Shown in pieces: positions 1 through 11,460 of a stretch of DNA of 64,000 bases; within the stretch, counting starts at the first letter, position 1, and the number at the start of each line of letters is the position of its first letter. The notes beneath the pieces are model-generated. The model was not told the DNA's origin, did not search any database, and saw only the letters and a list, made by a program, of their open reading frames with translations. The stretch is from an uncultured Pelagibacteraceae bacterium (lineage in GTDB: Bacteria; Pseudomonadota; Alphaproteobacteria; Pelagibacterales; AG-422-B15): positions 37,160-101,159 of the forward strand of contig CACANZ010000001.1 in NCBI GenBank assembly GCA_902533965.1, given 5' to 3'. The position numbers and the translations under genes were made by a program.

Positions 1-583
<583 letters not shown>

Positions 584-2143
584 TCAAACTCCAGTGACAC
601 CTGTCATACTGGCTGGAGCTGACTTTTCTCTTTTAATTATTAATTTGTTTAGTGCGTTTATATATGCCTTGGCAGATGCTACAAGAGTATCTGTATGCGC
701 ACCAAGTCCAACAACAGTTTTACCGTCTTCTGCCAATCTTACAGAAACTTCAGCTTGAGCATCCGTTCCTTCCGTAACAGCATGAACTTGATAGAGTAAT
801 AATTTTCCTTTATGAGGAACAAGTTGACTTAATCCATTGAAGATTGCGTCAACAGGTCCATCTCCTGTCGAAGTTACCGTCTTGTGCTCATCATCAATTA
901 AAAGACTAATCTCAGCTTTTTGAGGTCCTTTTGTTCCAGCGATAACTTGTAAATCCTGCAGTAAAATAGAATCATTAACTCTGATTACCTGGTCATCAAT
1001 AATAGCGATGATATCTTCATCATAAATATTTTTCTTTTTGTCAGCTAAATTTTTAAAATTTTCAAAGGCCTCTTCAATTACGTTGTCATTTATCGAGTAA
1101 CCAAGTTCAATAATTTTTTGTTTAAATGCGTGTCTGCCAGAGTGCTTACCCATGACAAGATTTGATTCTGAAACTCCTACACTTTCCGGGGTCATAATCT
1201 CATACGTTTTATTATTTTTTAACATTCCATCCTGGTGAATACCCGCTTCATGCGCAAAAGCATTTTTCCCAACGATTGCCTTATTAAATTGCACAGGAAA
1301 ACCCGTGACTGCAGATACAAGCTTAGATGTTTTTGTTAATTTTTCAGTCTGTATATTTGTTTGAAAAGGCATCATGTCATTTCTAGTTCTGATCGCCATG
1401 ACCACTTCTTCCATTGCAGCATTTCCAGCTCTTTCACCCAAACCATTGATCGTGCACTCAATTTGCCTTGCTCCAGCTCTTACGCCTGCAAGAGAATTTG
1501 CAACTGCTAATCCAAGATCATTATGACAATGCGTTGAAATTGTAACCTTATCAATATTAGTAGCGTTATTCATCAAATGGCTAATAATGTTTGTAAATTC
1601 ATCAGGAATTGAATATCCGACAGTATCTGGAATATTTATTGTAGATGCACCGTTCTTAATCGCCGCTTCGACAGTTTTACACATAAAGTCTAAATCTGTC
1701 CTAGTTCCATCTTCACAAGACCACTCAACGTCATCACATAGATTTCTTGCAAAAGATACACTATCAATTACTTTCTGGTAAACCTCATCGGAATTTAATT
1801 GTAACTTGTGTTTCATATGAAGCTCACTTGTTGAGATAAATGTATGTATTCTTGGAGCCGCTGCATTTTTGAGAGCATCCGCAGCTGTTTGAATGTCATT
1901 TTTTGAAGCTCTGCTCAAAGCACATATTGATGAATTTTTAATCTTTTTTGATATTTCAGATACCGCTTCATAATCTCCTTTTGATGCGGCAGGAAATCCT
2001 GCTTCAATAATATCAACTTTCAAATCTTCTAAAGCTTCTGCAATTTTTAATTTTTCTTCAATGTTCATTGAAGCACCAGGAGACTGTTCGCCATCTCTTA
2101 ATGTAGTATCAAAAATCTTTATGTAATTATTTTCTTTGTTCAT
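584..2143 (-). CDS. leuA: 2-isopropylmalate synthase
   Basis: 519-aa ORF with FDTTLRDGEQSPG and HCHNDLGLAVAN (HMGL-like TIM barrel) and a C-terminal LeuA dimerisation/regulatory region. Confidence 0.95.
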   Translation of the reverse strand: MNKENNYIKIFDTTLRDGEQSPGASMNIEEKLKIAEALEDLKVDIIEAGFPAASKGDYEAVSEISKKIKNSSICALSRASKNDIQTAADALKNAAAPRIHTFISTSELHMKHKLQLNSDEVYQKVIDSVSFARNLCDDVEWSCEDGTRTDLDFMCKTVEAAIKNGASTINIPDTVGYSIPDEFTNIISHLMNNATNIDKVTISTHCHNDLGLAVANSLAGVRAGARQIECTINGLGERAGNAAMEEVVMAIRTRNDMMPFQTNIQTEKLTKTSKLVSAVTGFPVQFNKAIVGKNAFAHEAGIHQDGMLKNNKTYEIMTPESVGVSESNLVMGKHSGRHAFKQKIIELGYSINDNVIEEAFENFKNLADKKKNIYDEDIIAIIDDQVIRVNDSILLQDLQVIAGTKGPQKAEISLLIDDEHKTVTSTGDGPVDAIFNGLSQLVPHKGKLLLYQVHAVTEGTDAQAEVSVRLAEDGKTVVGLGAHTDTLVASAKAYINALNKLIIKREKSAPASMTGVTGV

Positions 2144-2187
2144 CTCTCATCCTCTTAATAAAATTAAATTGTGTTAAAATTAAGTAC

Positions 2188-2303
2188 CCCCTGCAGTAAT
2201 GTTATATTACCCAGGGGCTGCTAAGCAGATCTAACAGCAATAGAGATTGAGAAGCGCTATTCACAGTTAATTGATTAACAAAATTTTTATTCAATTTTAC
2301 CAC
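2188..2303 (-). promoter_or_regulatory. Candidate leuA leader: Leu-rich leader ORF plus imperfect hairpin (possible attenuator/terminator)
   Basis: The minus-strand ORF stops at TAA 2204-2202. In-frame starts are GTG 2303, TTG 2294 and GTG 2264 only. It encodes ...NSASQSLLLLDLLSSPWVI, with Leu codons CTA TTG CTG TTA . CTG CTT at 2243-2223. The stop lies in the loop of hairpin CCCCUG-G-GUAAU/AUUAC-UG-CAGGGG (2217-2188), which is followed by GUACUUAAUUUU. The leuA ATG is at 2143. Confidence 0.45.
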
Positions 2304-2440
2304 TCTGTTTTATTGCACTTTCTACTTGTTTGAGATATTTCGATAATTATATGAAAATTCGTTATTTTTCAACGTATTAGTAAAAAAACCTAATTTTCTG
2401 CCATAAATCAAGGAAATTGCTGAACTGAAGTATTACTGAA

Positions 2441-3469
<1,029 letters not shown>

Positions 3470-3976
3470 TTACATCTTTTCTGTTCCGCGTGCAATAGCT
3501 ACTACACCAGTTCTTGATACCTCAGATAGACCTAATGGCTTCATTAAATCGATGAAGGCATCAATTTTTCTTGGAGAACCATTCAATTCGAAAACAAAAG
3601 AATCGTGTGTTGTGTCTATAACTTTGGCTCTAAATACATCAGATAACCGCATTGACTCTACTCTTTTCTCTCCAGTTGAAACAATTTTGACTAAGGCCAT
3701 CTCCCTTTCAATACCCTGTTTCTCAAATGTGACGTTTACCGCTCTTTTTACAGGTACAATTCTTTGTAATTGGCTAATCATTTTATTTACTGTTTCTTCT
3801 GTACCTGGCGCCACAATTGTAATCCTCGAGATATGTTTTTCTGCATCTACTTCAGCAACTGTAAGACTATCAATGTTGTAACCTCTACCTGAAATTAAAC
3901 CTATTACTCGCGCAAGAACACCTGGCTCATTATCAACAAGAACTGAAACAGTATGTTTTAAAATTAATTCACTCAT
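3470..3976 (-). CDS. ilvH: Acetolactate synthase small (regulatory) subunit
   Basis: 168 aa with an N-terminal ACT domain (HTVSVLVDNEPGVLARVIGL). Its start overlaps the stop of the large subunit by 1 nt at 3976. Confidence 0.92.
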   Translation of the reverse strand: MSELILKHTVSVLVDNEPGVLARVIGLISGRGYNIDSLTVAEVDAEKHISRITIVAPGTEETVNKMISQLQRIVPVKRAVNVTFEKQGIEREMALVKIVSTGEKRVESMRLSDVFRAKVIDTTHDSFVFELNGSPRKIDAFIDLMKPLGLSEVSRTGVVAIARGTEKM

Positions 3977-5745
3977 TATACTAATACTTTTCCTTCATCT
4001 GAGATCTCTTCTTTTTCTGTTTCATCGCCAAGCAACATTTCATTGTGGGCCTTACCAGATGGTATCATTGGAAAAACATTTTCGTTTTCATCAACTACGC
4101 AGTCAAATATTACAGGGCCATCATAATCAATCATTTCATTTATTGCTTTGTCAAGTTCACTTGGACTTTGGGCCCTTATACCCTTGGCACCGTAAGCTTC
4201 AGCAAGCTTTACAAAATCAGGTAAAGCATCTGTATAGCTGTGAGAGTATCTTTTGTCGTGAAGAAGTTCTTGCCACTGCCTTACCATCCCCATGTATTGA
4301 TTATTAATAATGAAAATCTTTACAGGCAGTTTGTGTTGAATGGCTGTCGACATTTCTTGTATACACATCAATATTGAAGCTTCTCCTGCAATATCAATTA
4401 CAAGTTTATCGGGATGCGCAACTTGAGCGCCTATCGCAGCAGGCAAGCCAAAGCCCATAGTACCTAAACCTCCAGATGTAATCCATCTATTAGGTCTGTT
4501 AAATTTGTAATATTGCGCAGCCCACATTTGATGTTGACCAACCTCAGTGGTTACAAAGACATCTTTTTCTCTAGTCAACTCATACAATCTTTGTATTGCA
4601 TACTGCGGCTTAATTGTTTTTTTATCTTCATTAAACCCAAGTGAATCTACTTCTTTCCATTTATCTATTTGTTTCCACCAGTCCTTAATCTGGGATTTAT
4701 TAACTTTGTAAACTTTTGATTTCCAAAGCTTAATGGCATCTTCAAGCACATGAGCAACGTCACCAACAAGAGCAACATCTACATCAACAACTTTATTAAT
4801 TGAAGATGGATCAATATCGATATGGATTTTTTTTGAATTTGGTGAAAACTCATCAATTTTTCCAGTGATTCTATCATCAAAACGTGCACCGATGTTTATC
4901 ATGAGGTCACATTTATTCATCGCCATGTTAGCTTCGTATGTGCCGTGCATGCCAAGCATTCCAATAAACTGGGTATCATCACCTGGAAACGCACCAAGTC
5001 CTTGAAGAGTGGATGTAATTGGAAAACCAGTAAGACGAACAAACTCTCTTAGGAGTTGAACGGCTGCATTTCCAGAATTTATAACGCCCCCTCCAGTGTA
5101 AAAGATTGGCTTTTCAGCTTCTGCGATTAACTTTAGAGCATCATCAATATTATCAATGTTTGCTTTTAATTTTGGTCTATAGGACTTATGTTTAATTGTA
5201 TCAGGCCCAATGTATGTTCCAGTTTGAAATTGAATATCTTTAGGTATATCAACGAGAACAGGTCCAGGTCTGCCGCTTGAAGCTACATAAAAAGCTTCGT
5301 GTAAAATTCGAGATAGATCACTTATATTCTTAACTAGCCAATTATGCTTAGTGCACGGACGCGTAATGCCAACAGCATCACATTCCTGAAATGCATCCGT
5401 TCCAATTAAGTGTGTAGGAACTTGTCCACTAATACAAACAAGAGGAATTGAATCCATCATAGCATCAGTTAATCCAGTCACCGCGTTAGTAACTCCAGGG
5501 CCAGAAGTAACTAACATTACTCCAACTTTACCACTTGACCTTGCATACCCTTCAGCAGCATGGGATGCACCTTGTTCGTGCCTTACTAAAAAATGGCGGA
5601 TTTGATGATTAGTATCCTTAGTTTTTGCTAATTCATCATATATCGGCAAAACTGCGCCACCAGGATAGCCAAAAATAGTATCAACTTGTTGATCTTCCAA
5701 TGCCTTCAAAACCATTTGTGCACCAGTCATTTGCATATTTACCAT
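3976..5745 (-). CDS. ilvI: Acetolactate synthase large (catalytic) subunit; true start may be one of the internal Met in MVNMQMTG
   Basis: 589 aa, a ThDP enzyme with GGLGTMGFGLPAAIGA and an N-terminal pyrimidine-binding domain (GYPGGAVLPIYD). Confidence 0.95.
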   Translation of the reverse strand: MVNMQMTGAQMVLKALEDQQVDTIFGYPGGAVLPIYDELAKTKDTNHQIRHFLVRHEQGASHAAEGYARSSGKVGVMLVTSGPGVTNAVTGLTDAMMDSIPLVCISGQVPTHLIGTDAFQECDAVGITRPCTKHNWLVKNISDLSRILHEAFYVASSGRPGPVLVDIPKDIQFQTGTYIGPDTIKHKSYRPKLKANIDNIDDALKLIAEAEKPIFYTGGGVINSGNAAVQLLREFVRLTGFPITSTLQGLGAFPGDDTQFIGMLGMHGTYEANMAMNKCDLMINIGARFDDRITGKIDEFSPNSKKIHIDIDPSSINKVVDVDVALVGDVAHVLEDAIKLWKSKVYKVNKSQIKDWWKQIDKWKEVDSLGFNEDKKTIKPQYAIQRLYELTREKDVFVTTEVGQHQMWAAQYYKFNRPNRWITSGGLGTMGFGLPAAIGAQVAHPDKLVIDIAGEASILMCIQEMSTAIQHKLPVKIFIINNQYMGMVRQWQELLHDKRYSHSYTDALPDFVKLAEAYGAKGIRAQSPSELDKAINEMIDYDGPVIFDCVVDENENVFPMIPSGKAHNEMLLGDETEKEEISDEGKVLV

Positions 5746-5838
5746 AAATTATACCCCTAATAAGAAATGACGTTTTATGAAGATTTACTTAATAAGTCAA
5801 ATATATTAAATATATGAAAAGAATTTTTTATATATAAT

Positions 5839-6717
5839 TTATAAATATTTCTTTAAATCAACATTTTGGGTAATATTATTACCTTTTATCCACGTATCTT
5901 GTCTTTTGATATAATTTCTAGTGTTTTTCTTCATTATACTTTTAGCCTCATCTAAACTGACTTTTCCTTCAATAAAGTTGGTTATCTCACGAACTCCAAT
6001 TGCCTTCATAACTGATAATTCAGCACTATAATTTTTCTCTATTAAAGATTGAACTTCAGCTACAGCGCCATCTCTAAACATATTTTCAACTCTTTGAGCA
6101 GCTGATTCATATAACTTCTCACGTAAATTGCCAGTTATGATCAATCTATAGTTCACATTATCAATTATTTTGTTTGGATTAAATTGCCATTCTTCTAAAA
6201 CCTTTCCAGTCTGAAGCAATAATGAATAACTACGCATTATTCTTTGTTTATCATTTGAGTTAATTTTTGTTCCTGAATATTTAGTTAAGATTTTTTTATA
6301 TAAATGATCAAGACCATTGGTTTCTAAATCCAGCATTGCTTGTTCTTCTATATTTTTTTTTATAGAAGGAATTTCTGAAAGTCCGTCCATCAAGGCCTTT
6401 AAATACAAACCGGTTCCACCTACAACAATTGGAAGTAACTTATTATCAAAACAATTATTAATTTCATGGGCTGCTTTTTCTAACCAAATAGCTGCTGAGC
6501 AACTCTCACTTCCTTTGAGCATTCCATAAAGACGATGGTCAAATTTTTTACATGTCTTATCGTCTGGTCTATCAGTTAGTATTTTAAGATCTTTGTATAC
6601 TTGTAGACTATCAAAATTAATTATTGCTGATTTTTGTTTGGAAGCAATTTTAGTTGCAAGCTTTGACTTTCCACTTGCAGTGGGACCAAAGATAACCAGT
6701 ATGTCCCTTTTTTCCAT
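5839..6717 (-). CDS. miaA: tRNA dimethylallyltransferase
   Basis: 292 aa with P-loop GPTASGKS and IPPT family layout (VGGTGLYLKAL). Confidence 0.92.
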   Translation of the reverse strand: MEKRDILVIFGPTASGKSKLATKIASKQKSAIINFDSLQVYKDLKILTDRPDDKTCKKFDHRLYGMLKGSESCSAAIWLEKAAHEINNCFDNKLLPIVVGGTGLYLKALMDGLSEIPSIKKNIEEQAMLDLETNGLDHLYKKILTKYSGTKINSNDKQRIMRSYSLLLQTGKVLEEWQFNPNKIIDNVNYRLIITGNLREKLYESAAQRVENMFRDGAVAEVQSLIEKNYSAELSVMKAIGVREITNFIEGKVSLDEAKSIMKKNTRNYIKRQDTWIKGNNITQNVDLKKYL

Positions 6718-6722
6718 TTTGA

Positions 6723-8126
6723 TTAATCGAGAGACAATCTTGCGCCTATATATTTTTTAGAATTAGGACCAGAATAGAAAACAATCAGAACATTTTCTTT
6801 TCCTTGAGAAACAACCTCGTCAATTATTTGCAATACTTCCCCAGATCCTCTCACTGATTTATTTTGTATTTCAATAATAATGTCGTCTTTCTTAATATTT
6901 TGTCGTATTAGGAAAGAGTCGTTATTAATTTCGGATATAATTACACCTTGTAAAGTTTTAGCTAAATCCAATCTGGACTTGTCTTCATCTGTCAATGTTC
7001 TGACTTTTATTCCTAGTTCTTTTATTAAAACAGCTGAGCCATTATTTTCAATTGAGGCAAGTTCCTCAAGGGACGGCTGTTTGCCTAGATTTACAAATAA
7101 CTGAACTTCTTTTTCATTCCGCCAGACAACAACCTTTGTAGATTGACCAATATCTGCCTCAGCCACCAGTTTTGGAAGTGTTTGAACAGACTCTACTTCT
7201 TTACCATTGAACTCAATAATGATGTCGCCCTCATTAACACCACCTTTAAGTGCTGGGCTATCTGTAGTTAAACCCTGAACTAAGGCACCATAAGTTTTAC
7301 CAAGACCCAAACTCTCCGCAATTTCATCAGTTACTTCTTGAATTCTTACGCCTAACCAGGCTCTTTCAATTTCTCCTGTTTCTTGGAGTTGCTGAATAAT
7401 GTTATTTGCAAGATTTGATGGAATAGCAAATCCAATTCCAATAGATCCGCCGCTTGGAGAAATGATCATTGAATTCACTCCAATCACTTTTCCGTCTAAA
7501 TCAAATAATGGTCCTCCTGAATTGCCTCTATTTATTGATGCATCAGTTTGTATGAAGTCGTCATATCTTCCACCAAGCATTCTTCCTCTTGCTGAAACAA
7601 TACCTGCTGTAACTGTACCTCCTAGTCCATGTGGATTACCGATTGCCATTACCCAATTACCTACTTTTGCCGTGTCTGAGTCACCAAACTCTAAAAATGG
7701 AAGGTTATTTGCGTCAACTTTTAAAAGTGCTAAATCAGTCTCAGCATCAGAAGCAATCAATTCGGCTTCTAATTTTAATCCATCTGTAAAGGTAACTTGT
7801 ATGTCTGAAGCGTTCTCTACAACATGATTATTTGTAACAATAAAACCATCTGCAGAAATCACAAAGCCTGAACCTAATGAACTAAATTCTCTTTCTGATG
7901 GTTCGGGGCTAGGCATGTTAAAAGGAAAATTAAAAAAATCTTCAATCGATGGAACTTGAGGACCTGTATTTTCAATTATACCTGTCGTTGAAATGTTAAC
8001 AACTGAGGGTGAAACTTTCTCAGCTAAATCAGAGAAGGTATCAGGTCCATTAAAGCTTAAAGATTGAAACGTAGAACTAATAAACAAAAAAAAGATGACT
8101 GGTATAATTTTGATATCTAATTTCAT
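6723..8126 (-). CDS. degP: Periplasmic serine endoprotease DegP/HtrA family (trypsin domain plus two PDZ)
   Basis: Catalytic triad contexts are TNNHVV, DLALLKV and GNSGGPLF. The ORF track starts at 8183. The Met at 8126 gives a clean signal peptide (MKLDIKIIPVIFFLFISSTFQSLS) and an ATGA overlap with the upstream yjeT-like stop, so I prefer 8126. Confidence 0.9.
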   Translation of the reverse strand: MKLDIKIIPVIFFLFISSTFQSLSFNGPDTFSDLAEKVSPSVVNISTTGIIENTGPQVPSIEDFFNFPFNMPSPEPSEREFSSLGSGFVISADGFIVTNNHVVENASDIQVTFTDGLKLEAELIASDAETDLALLKVDANNLPFLEFGDSDTAKVGNWVMAIGNPHGLGGTVTAGIVSARGRMLGGRYDDFIQTDASINRGNSGGPLFDLDGKVIGVNSMIISPSGGSIGIGFAIPSNLANNIIQQLQETGEIERAWLGVRIQEVTDEIAESLGLGKTYGALVQGLTTDSPALKGGVNEGDIIIEFNGKEVESVQTLPKLVAEADIGQSTKVVVWRNEKEVQLFVNLGKQPSLEELASIENNGSAVLIKELGIKVRTLTDEDKSRLDLAKTLQGVIISEINNDSFLIRQNIKKDDIIIEIQNKSVRGSGEVLQIIDEVVSQGKENVLIVFYSGPNSKKYIGARLSLD

Positions 8127-8311
8127 CTGACCGCGGTCCATAACATTAGAAATCCTATTATTGCTGATGCCAGACCTCCCCATTTTAGGGTGTCATTGTT
8201 CATCTCTAACATTGATCTGATCATATTCTTCATTCTATTTGGAAATAAGGCATAAAGAAGGCCCTCTATAATTAAAAGTAACCCAAGAGAACCTAATATA
8301 AATTGCATCAT
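8123..8311 (-). CDS. Small membrane protein, DUF2065/YjeT-like
   Basis: 62 aa with two hydrophobic helices. It sits immediately after hflC, as yjeT does in the E. coli hflK-hflC-yjeT order. Its stop overlaps the degP start (ATGA). Confidence 0.7.
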   Translation of the reverse strand: MMQFILGSLGLLLIIEGLLYALFPNRMKNMIRSMLEMNNDTLKWGGLASAIIGFLMLWTAVR

Positions 8312-8331
8312 TTTAGGAAAGTTAAATATTT

Positions 8332-9192
8332 TTACTCAGAGTAAGTTCCAAAATATTGAAAGAATTCACTTTCAGGAGACAAGATCATAGTTGTGTCTGA
8401 ACTTTTAAGACCTTCTGCATATGCCTGCATTGCTCTGTAGAAAGCAAAAAATTCAGGGTCTTTTCCAAATGCATCCGCAAAAATTTTATTAGCCATTCCA
8501 TCACCTTCACCACGAATTATGTTGGCTTCTTTCTCTGCCTGTGACTTTATAATCGTAACTTCCTTATCAGCAGTTGAACGAATTTTTTGAGCCATCTCAG
8601 CACCTTTTGCTCTGAACTCTCTGGCTTCACGTTCACGTTCAGTTTGCATTCTACCAAAAATTGCCTGGCTATTTGCTTCAGGTAAATCAGCTCGCTTAAT
8701 TCTTACATCAACAATTTCTATTCCAAAGTTCTTCACTTCCGCCTCGGCTAATGACGTAATTTGTTTCATAAGTTTCGAACGGTCATCTGATAATACGGCT
8801 GACAAAGGTTCCTCACCTAGAACGCCCCTAATTCTTGAATTAACAACTGCAGAAATTCTTGATCTAGCAACATTTTCATTACCAAATGCCTTATAGAACT
8901 CTAAAACATCAACAATTTTGAATTTTACATAAGCGTCAACAATAAGTCTTTTTTGATCAGATGCGATCACCTCAGCGGCAGGGGCATCAATGTCTAGTAT
9001 ACGATTATCAATAAATATCACATTCTGAATGAATGGTATTTTAAAATTAAGACCTGGTTCAGTAATTACTCTTTTTGGATCACCAAACTGCAATACGATT
9101 GCATTTTTTACTTCAAGTACTGTGAACAGGGTGAAATAAGCGACTATTGCTATAAACCCTAAAACTATCAATGATATTCTAGTAGTGCTCAT
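8332..9192 (-). CDS. hflC: Protease modulator HflC (SPFH/band-7)
   Basis: 286 aa with an N-terminal TM and an SPFH domain. Directly downstream of hflK (2-nt gap). Confidence 0.9.
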   Translation of the reverse strand: MSTTRISLIVLGFIAIVAYFTLFTVLEVKNAIVLQFGDPKRVITEPGLNFKIPFIQNVIFIDNRILDIDAPAAEVIASDQKRLIVDAYVKFKIVDVLEFYKAFGNENVARSRISAVVNSRIRGVLGEEPLSAVLSDDRSKLMKQITSLAEAEVKNFGIEIVDVRIKRADLPEANSQAIFGRMQTEREREAREFRAKGAEMAQKIRSTADKEVTIIKSQAEKEANIIRGEGDGMANKIFADAFGKDPEFFAFYRAMQAYAEGLKSSDTTMILSPESEFFQYFGTYSE

Positions 9193-9194
9193 AT

Positions 9195-10268
9195 TTAATC
9201 CTGTGACTTCTTGCTTAATTCGGGGAGAGGTAAATAAGGAACAACAGAGTCACCTCCAGCTTTGTCAATAATAACTTTGTCCATATCGGAGAATACATCT
9301 TCCATTGTCTCATAAAATATTCTTTTCTTTGTCACTTGAGGAGCTTTTGCGTACTCTGTTTGAATTGACAGGAACCTTGATGCCTTACCTTCACTATCAG
9401 CAATGACTTTTTGTCTATACCCCTCAGCAGATTGAAGAATTTGCTCGGCCTCACCTCTTGCTCTTGGAATTATATCATTAGCGTATGCCTCTGCTTCATT
9501 TCTTTGTCGTTCCATATCAGCACGCGCAGCTTGTACATCTCTAAATGCGTCGATTACCTGTGCTGGCGGGTCAGCCTTTTGAGTTTGTACCTGTGTTATT
9601 GTAATTCCTGTACCGTATTCATCTAAAATTTCCTGAATAATCAATCTAGTTTGTTCCTCTATTTCTGTTCTTCCTTCTGTAAGAATGGATTGCAGGCCAC
9701 CCTGCCCGATAGACTCTCTCATTGCAGTCTCTGCAGCGCTTTTCACAGTAAGTTCAGGAGCTTGAACATTAAATAAAAACTTACCTGCATCATTGATCAA
9801 CCAGAATACTGAAAAGTCAATATCAACAATATTTTCGTCACCTGTTAACATTAAGCTTTCTTCTTCTACATCTCTAATCGCAGTAACTCTAGAATCTGGA
9901 CTTTGTCTGTAACCAACATCTATTCTATTTATTTTGGTTACTTTGGGTGTGAATACACGCTCTATTGGGTAAGGTAAGTGATAGTTTAGTCCAGGTTGTG
10001 TGGTTTTAGTATACTTTCCGAATTGTAAAACTACGCCCTGTTCATCCGGTAGAACTCTATAAAAACCGCTCGCAAGCCATATGAGTATTAATATACCAAT
10101 AATTACCATTGGTCCTAACTTTCCAAAAAAAGAGCCTGGCATCATTCCTTTGAAACGGTTCTGTGCATTGCGGATCACATCGTCCATATTGGGACCTGGA
10201 CCACGTCTACCGCTTCCATTTCCCGAAGAACCCCAAGGATCGTTATTGTTATTATCAGACCAAGACAT
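9195..10268 (-). CDS. hflK: Protease modulator HflK (SPFH/band-7)
   Basis: 357 aa with a Gly/Asn-rich N-terminus, a TM helix, an SPFH domain and a coiled C-terminal region. Paired with hflC. Confidence 0.9.
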   Translation of the reverse strand: MSWSDNNNNDPWGSSGNGSGRRGPGPNMDDVIRNAQNRFKGMMPGSFFGKLGPMVIIGILILIWLASGFYRVLPDEQGVVLQFGKYTKTTQPGLNYHLPYPIERVFTPKVTKINRIDVGYRQSPDSRVTAIRDVEEESLMLTGDENIVDIDFSVFWLINDAGKFLFNVQAPELTVKSAAETAMRESIGQGGLQSILTEGRTEIEEQTRLIIQEILDEYGTGITITQVQTQKADPPAQVIDAFRDVQAARADMERQRNEAEAYANDIIPRARGEAEQILQSAEGYRQKVIADSEGKASRFLSIQTEYAKAPQVTKKRIFYETMEDVFSDMDKVIIDKAGGDSVVPYLPLPELSKKSQD

Positions 10269-10374
10269 ATAATTTAGAATTATTACCTATATATGGTAAA
10301 AATGCTTAAAAGCAATTATTTACACTTATACTATGCTATATTGTAATTAATTACGTAAATACAAGATCAAAAAA

Positions 10375-11460
10375 ATGGCAGAAACTCACAAAAATCAAGC
10401 TTTACACCTCCTTGGACAAGTTGTTAACGAAGAAGCGGGTGAAAACATAGTGGCCCTGGGTATGGTTAAAAATGTATCCGTGAGTGAGGGGAAAATAGAT
10501 TGTATTATTGAATTCAAAGAAAATGATCAGAAAAAAAATGAAAAAATTTTTGAGGATGCTCAAAGAGTATTGAAAGAGATTCCTGGTATAACTAAAGTTA
10601 ATATCATCACAACCTTACATAAGGAAAATTCAACACATGCAAATGATGAAGTGAATTCAGACAACAAAACAAATAGCGTTGGCACTAATCAAATAAAATA
10701 TATTCTTGCAGTTGCATCAGGAAAAGGAGGAGTCGGTAAATCAACAGTCGCATCAAATCTTGCGTGCGCGTTTAAATCACTTGGTTTAAAAACCTGTTTA
10801 CTTGATGCTGATATTTATGGTCCTTCGATTCCCAAAATGATTGGGATTAATGAAAAGCCTCATTCTGATGGACAAAAAATTGAAACAATTAATCGATACG
10901 GACTATCGACAATGTCTATGGGTTACATGGTCAATGATGAAAATCCCATCATCTGGAGAGGTCTCATGGTCATGAAAGCAATTAATGAAATGATTGATAA
11001 AGTAAATTGGGGAGCTGCAGATATTATGGTTATTGATTTGCCCCCAGGCACAGGTGATGTTCAACTGTCTCTGATTCAGAAACTAAAAATCTCTGGAAGT
11101 TTAATTGTTACTACACCTCAAGATATTGCTTTAATTGATGTAATCAGAGGGTTAAAGATGTTTGAAAAAACTAAAGTCCCCATTCTTGGCATTGTTGAAA
11201 ACATGAGTTACTTCTTGGCACCCGATACAGGTAAAGAATATAAGCTGTACGGTGAGAGTAAAACAAATGAAGTTGCTGAAAAATATGATTATGAAATACT
11301 CGCAAATCTTCCTCATGATCCATTGCTTCTTGAGCAGTGCGAAAAAGGTCACCCTCTAACAGATTTAGTGCCAGATCATAAAGTCAGCCAAATGTTTATT
11401 GAATTGGCTGAGAATTTATTAAAACGATTAAAATTAGAACAATTAGCAAATACTAACTAA
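10375..11460 (+). CDS. apbC: Fe-S cluster carrier ATPase Mrp/ApbC (NBP35 family)
   Basis: 361 aa with an N-terminal DUF59-like domain, a deviant Walker A ([10 protein letters not shown]) and a ParA/MinD fold. Confidence 0.9.
   Translation: MAETHKNQALHLLGQVVNEEAGENIVALGMVKNVSVSEGKIDCIIEFKENDQKKNEKIFEDAQRVLKEIPGITKVNIITTLHKENSTHANDEVNSDNKTNSVGTNQIKYILAVASGKGGVGKSTVASNLACAFKSLGLKTCLLDADIYGPSIPKMIGINEKPHSDGQKIETINRYGLSTMSMGYMVNDENPIIWRGLMVMKAINEMIDKVNWGAADIMVIDLPPGTGDVQLSLIQKLKISGSLIVTTPQDIALIDVIRGLKMFEKTKVPILGIVENMSYFLAPDTGKEYKLYGESKTNEVAEKYDYEILANLPHDPLLLEQCEKGHPLTDLVPDHKVSQMFIELAENLLKRLKLEQLANTN

Noticed and set aside
5772-5800. Sigma-70-like hexamers upstream of ilvI (TTGACT-N17-TAAAAC). Similar candidates occur upstream of fumC (TTACCA-N18-TATAAT near 12755-12790) and ssrA.
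   Set aside because: In DNA this AT-rich, such matches arise by chance at high frequency. Without TSS data I cannot support them as features.
8127-8183. Upstream extension of degP (MGRSGISNNRISNVMDRGQ), and likewise 39887-39922 for mraZ (MLIILITNFFLK)
   Set aside because: The extensions overlap the yjeT-like gene or add non-homologous residues. The internal Met codons give the expected signal peptide or MraZ N-terminus.
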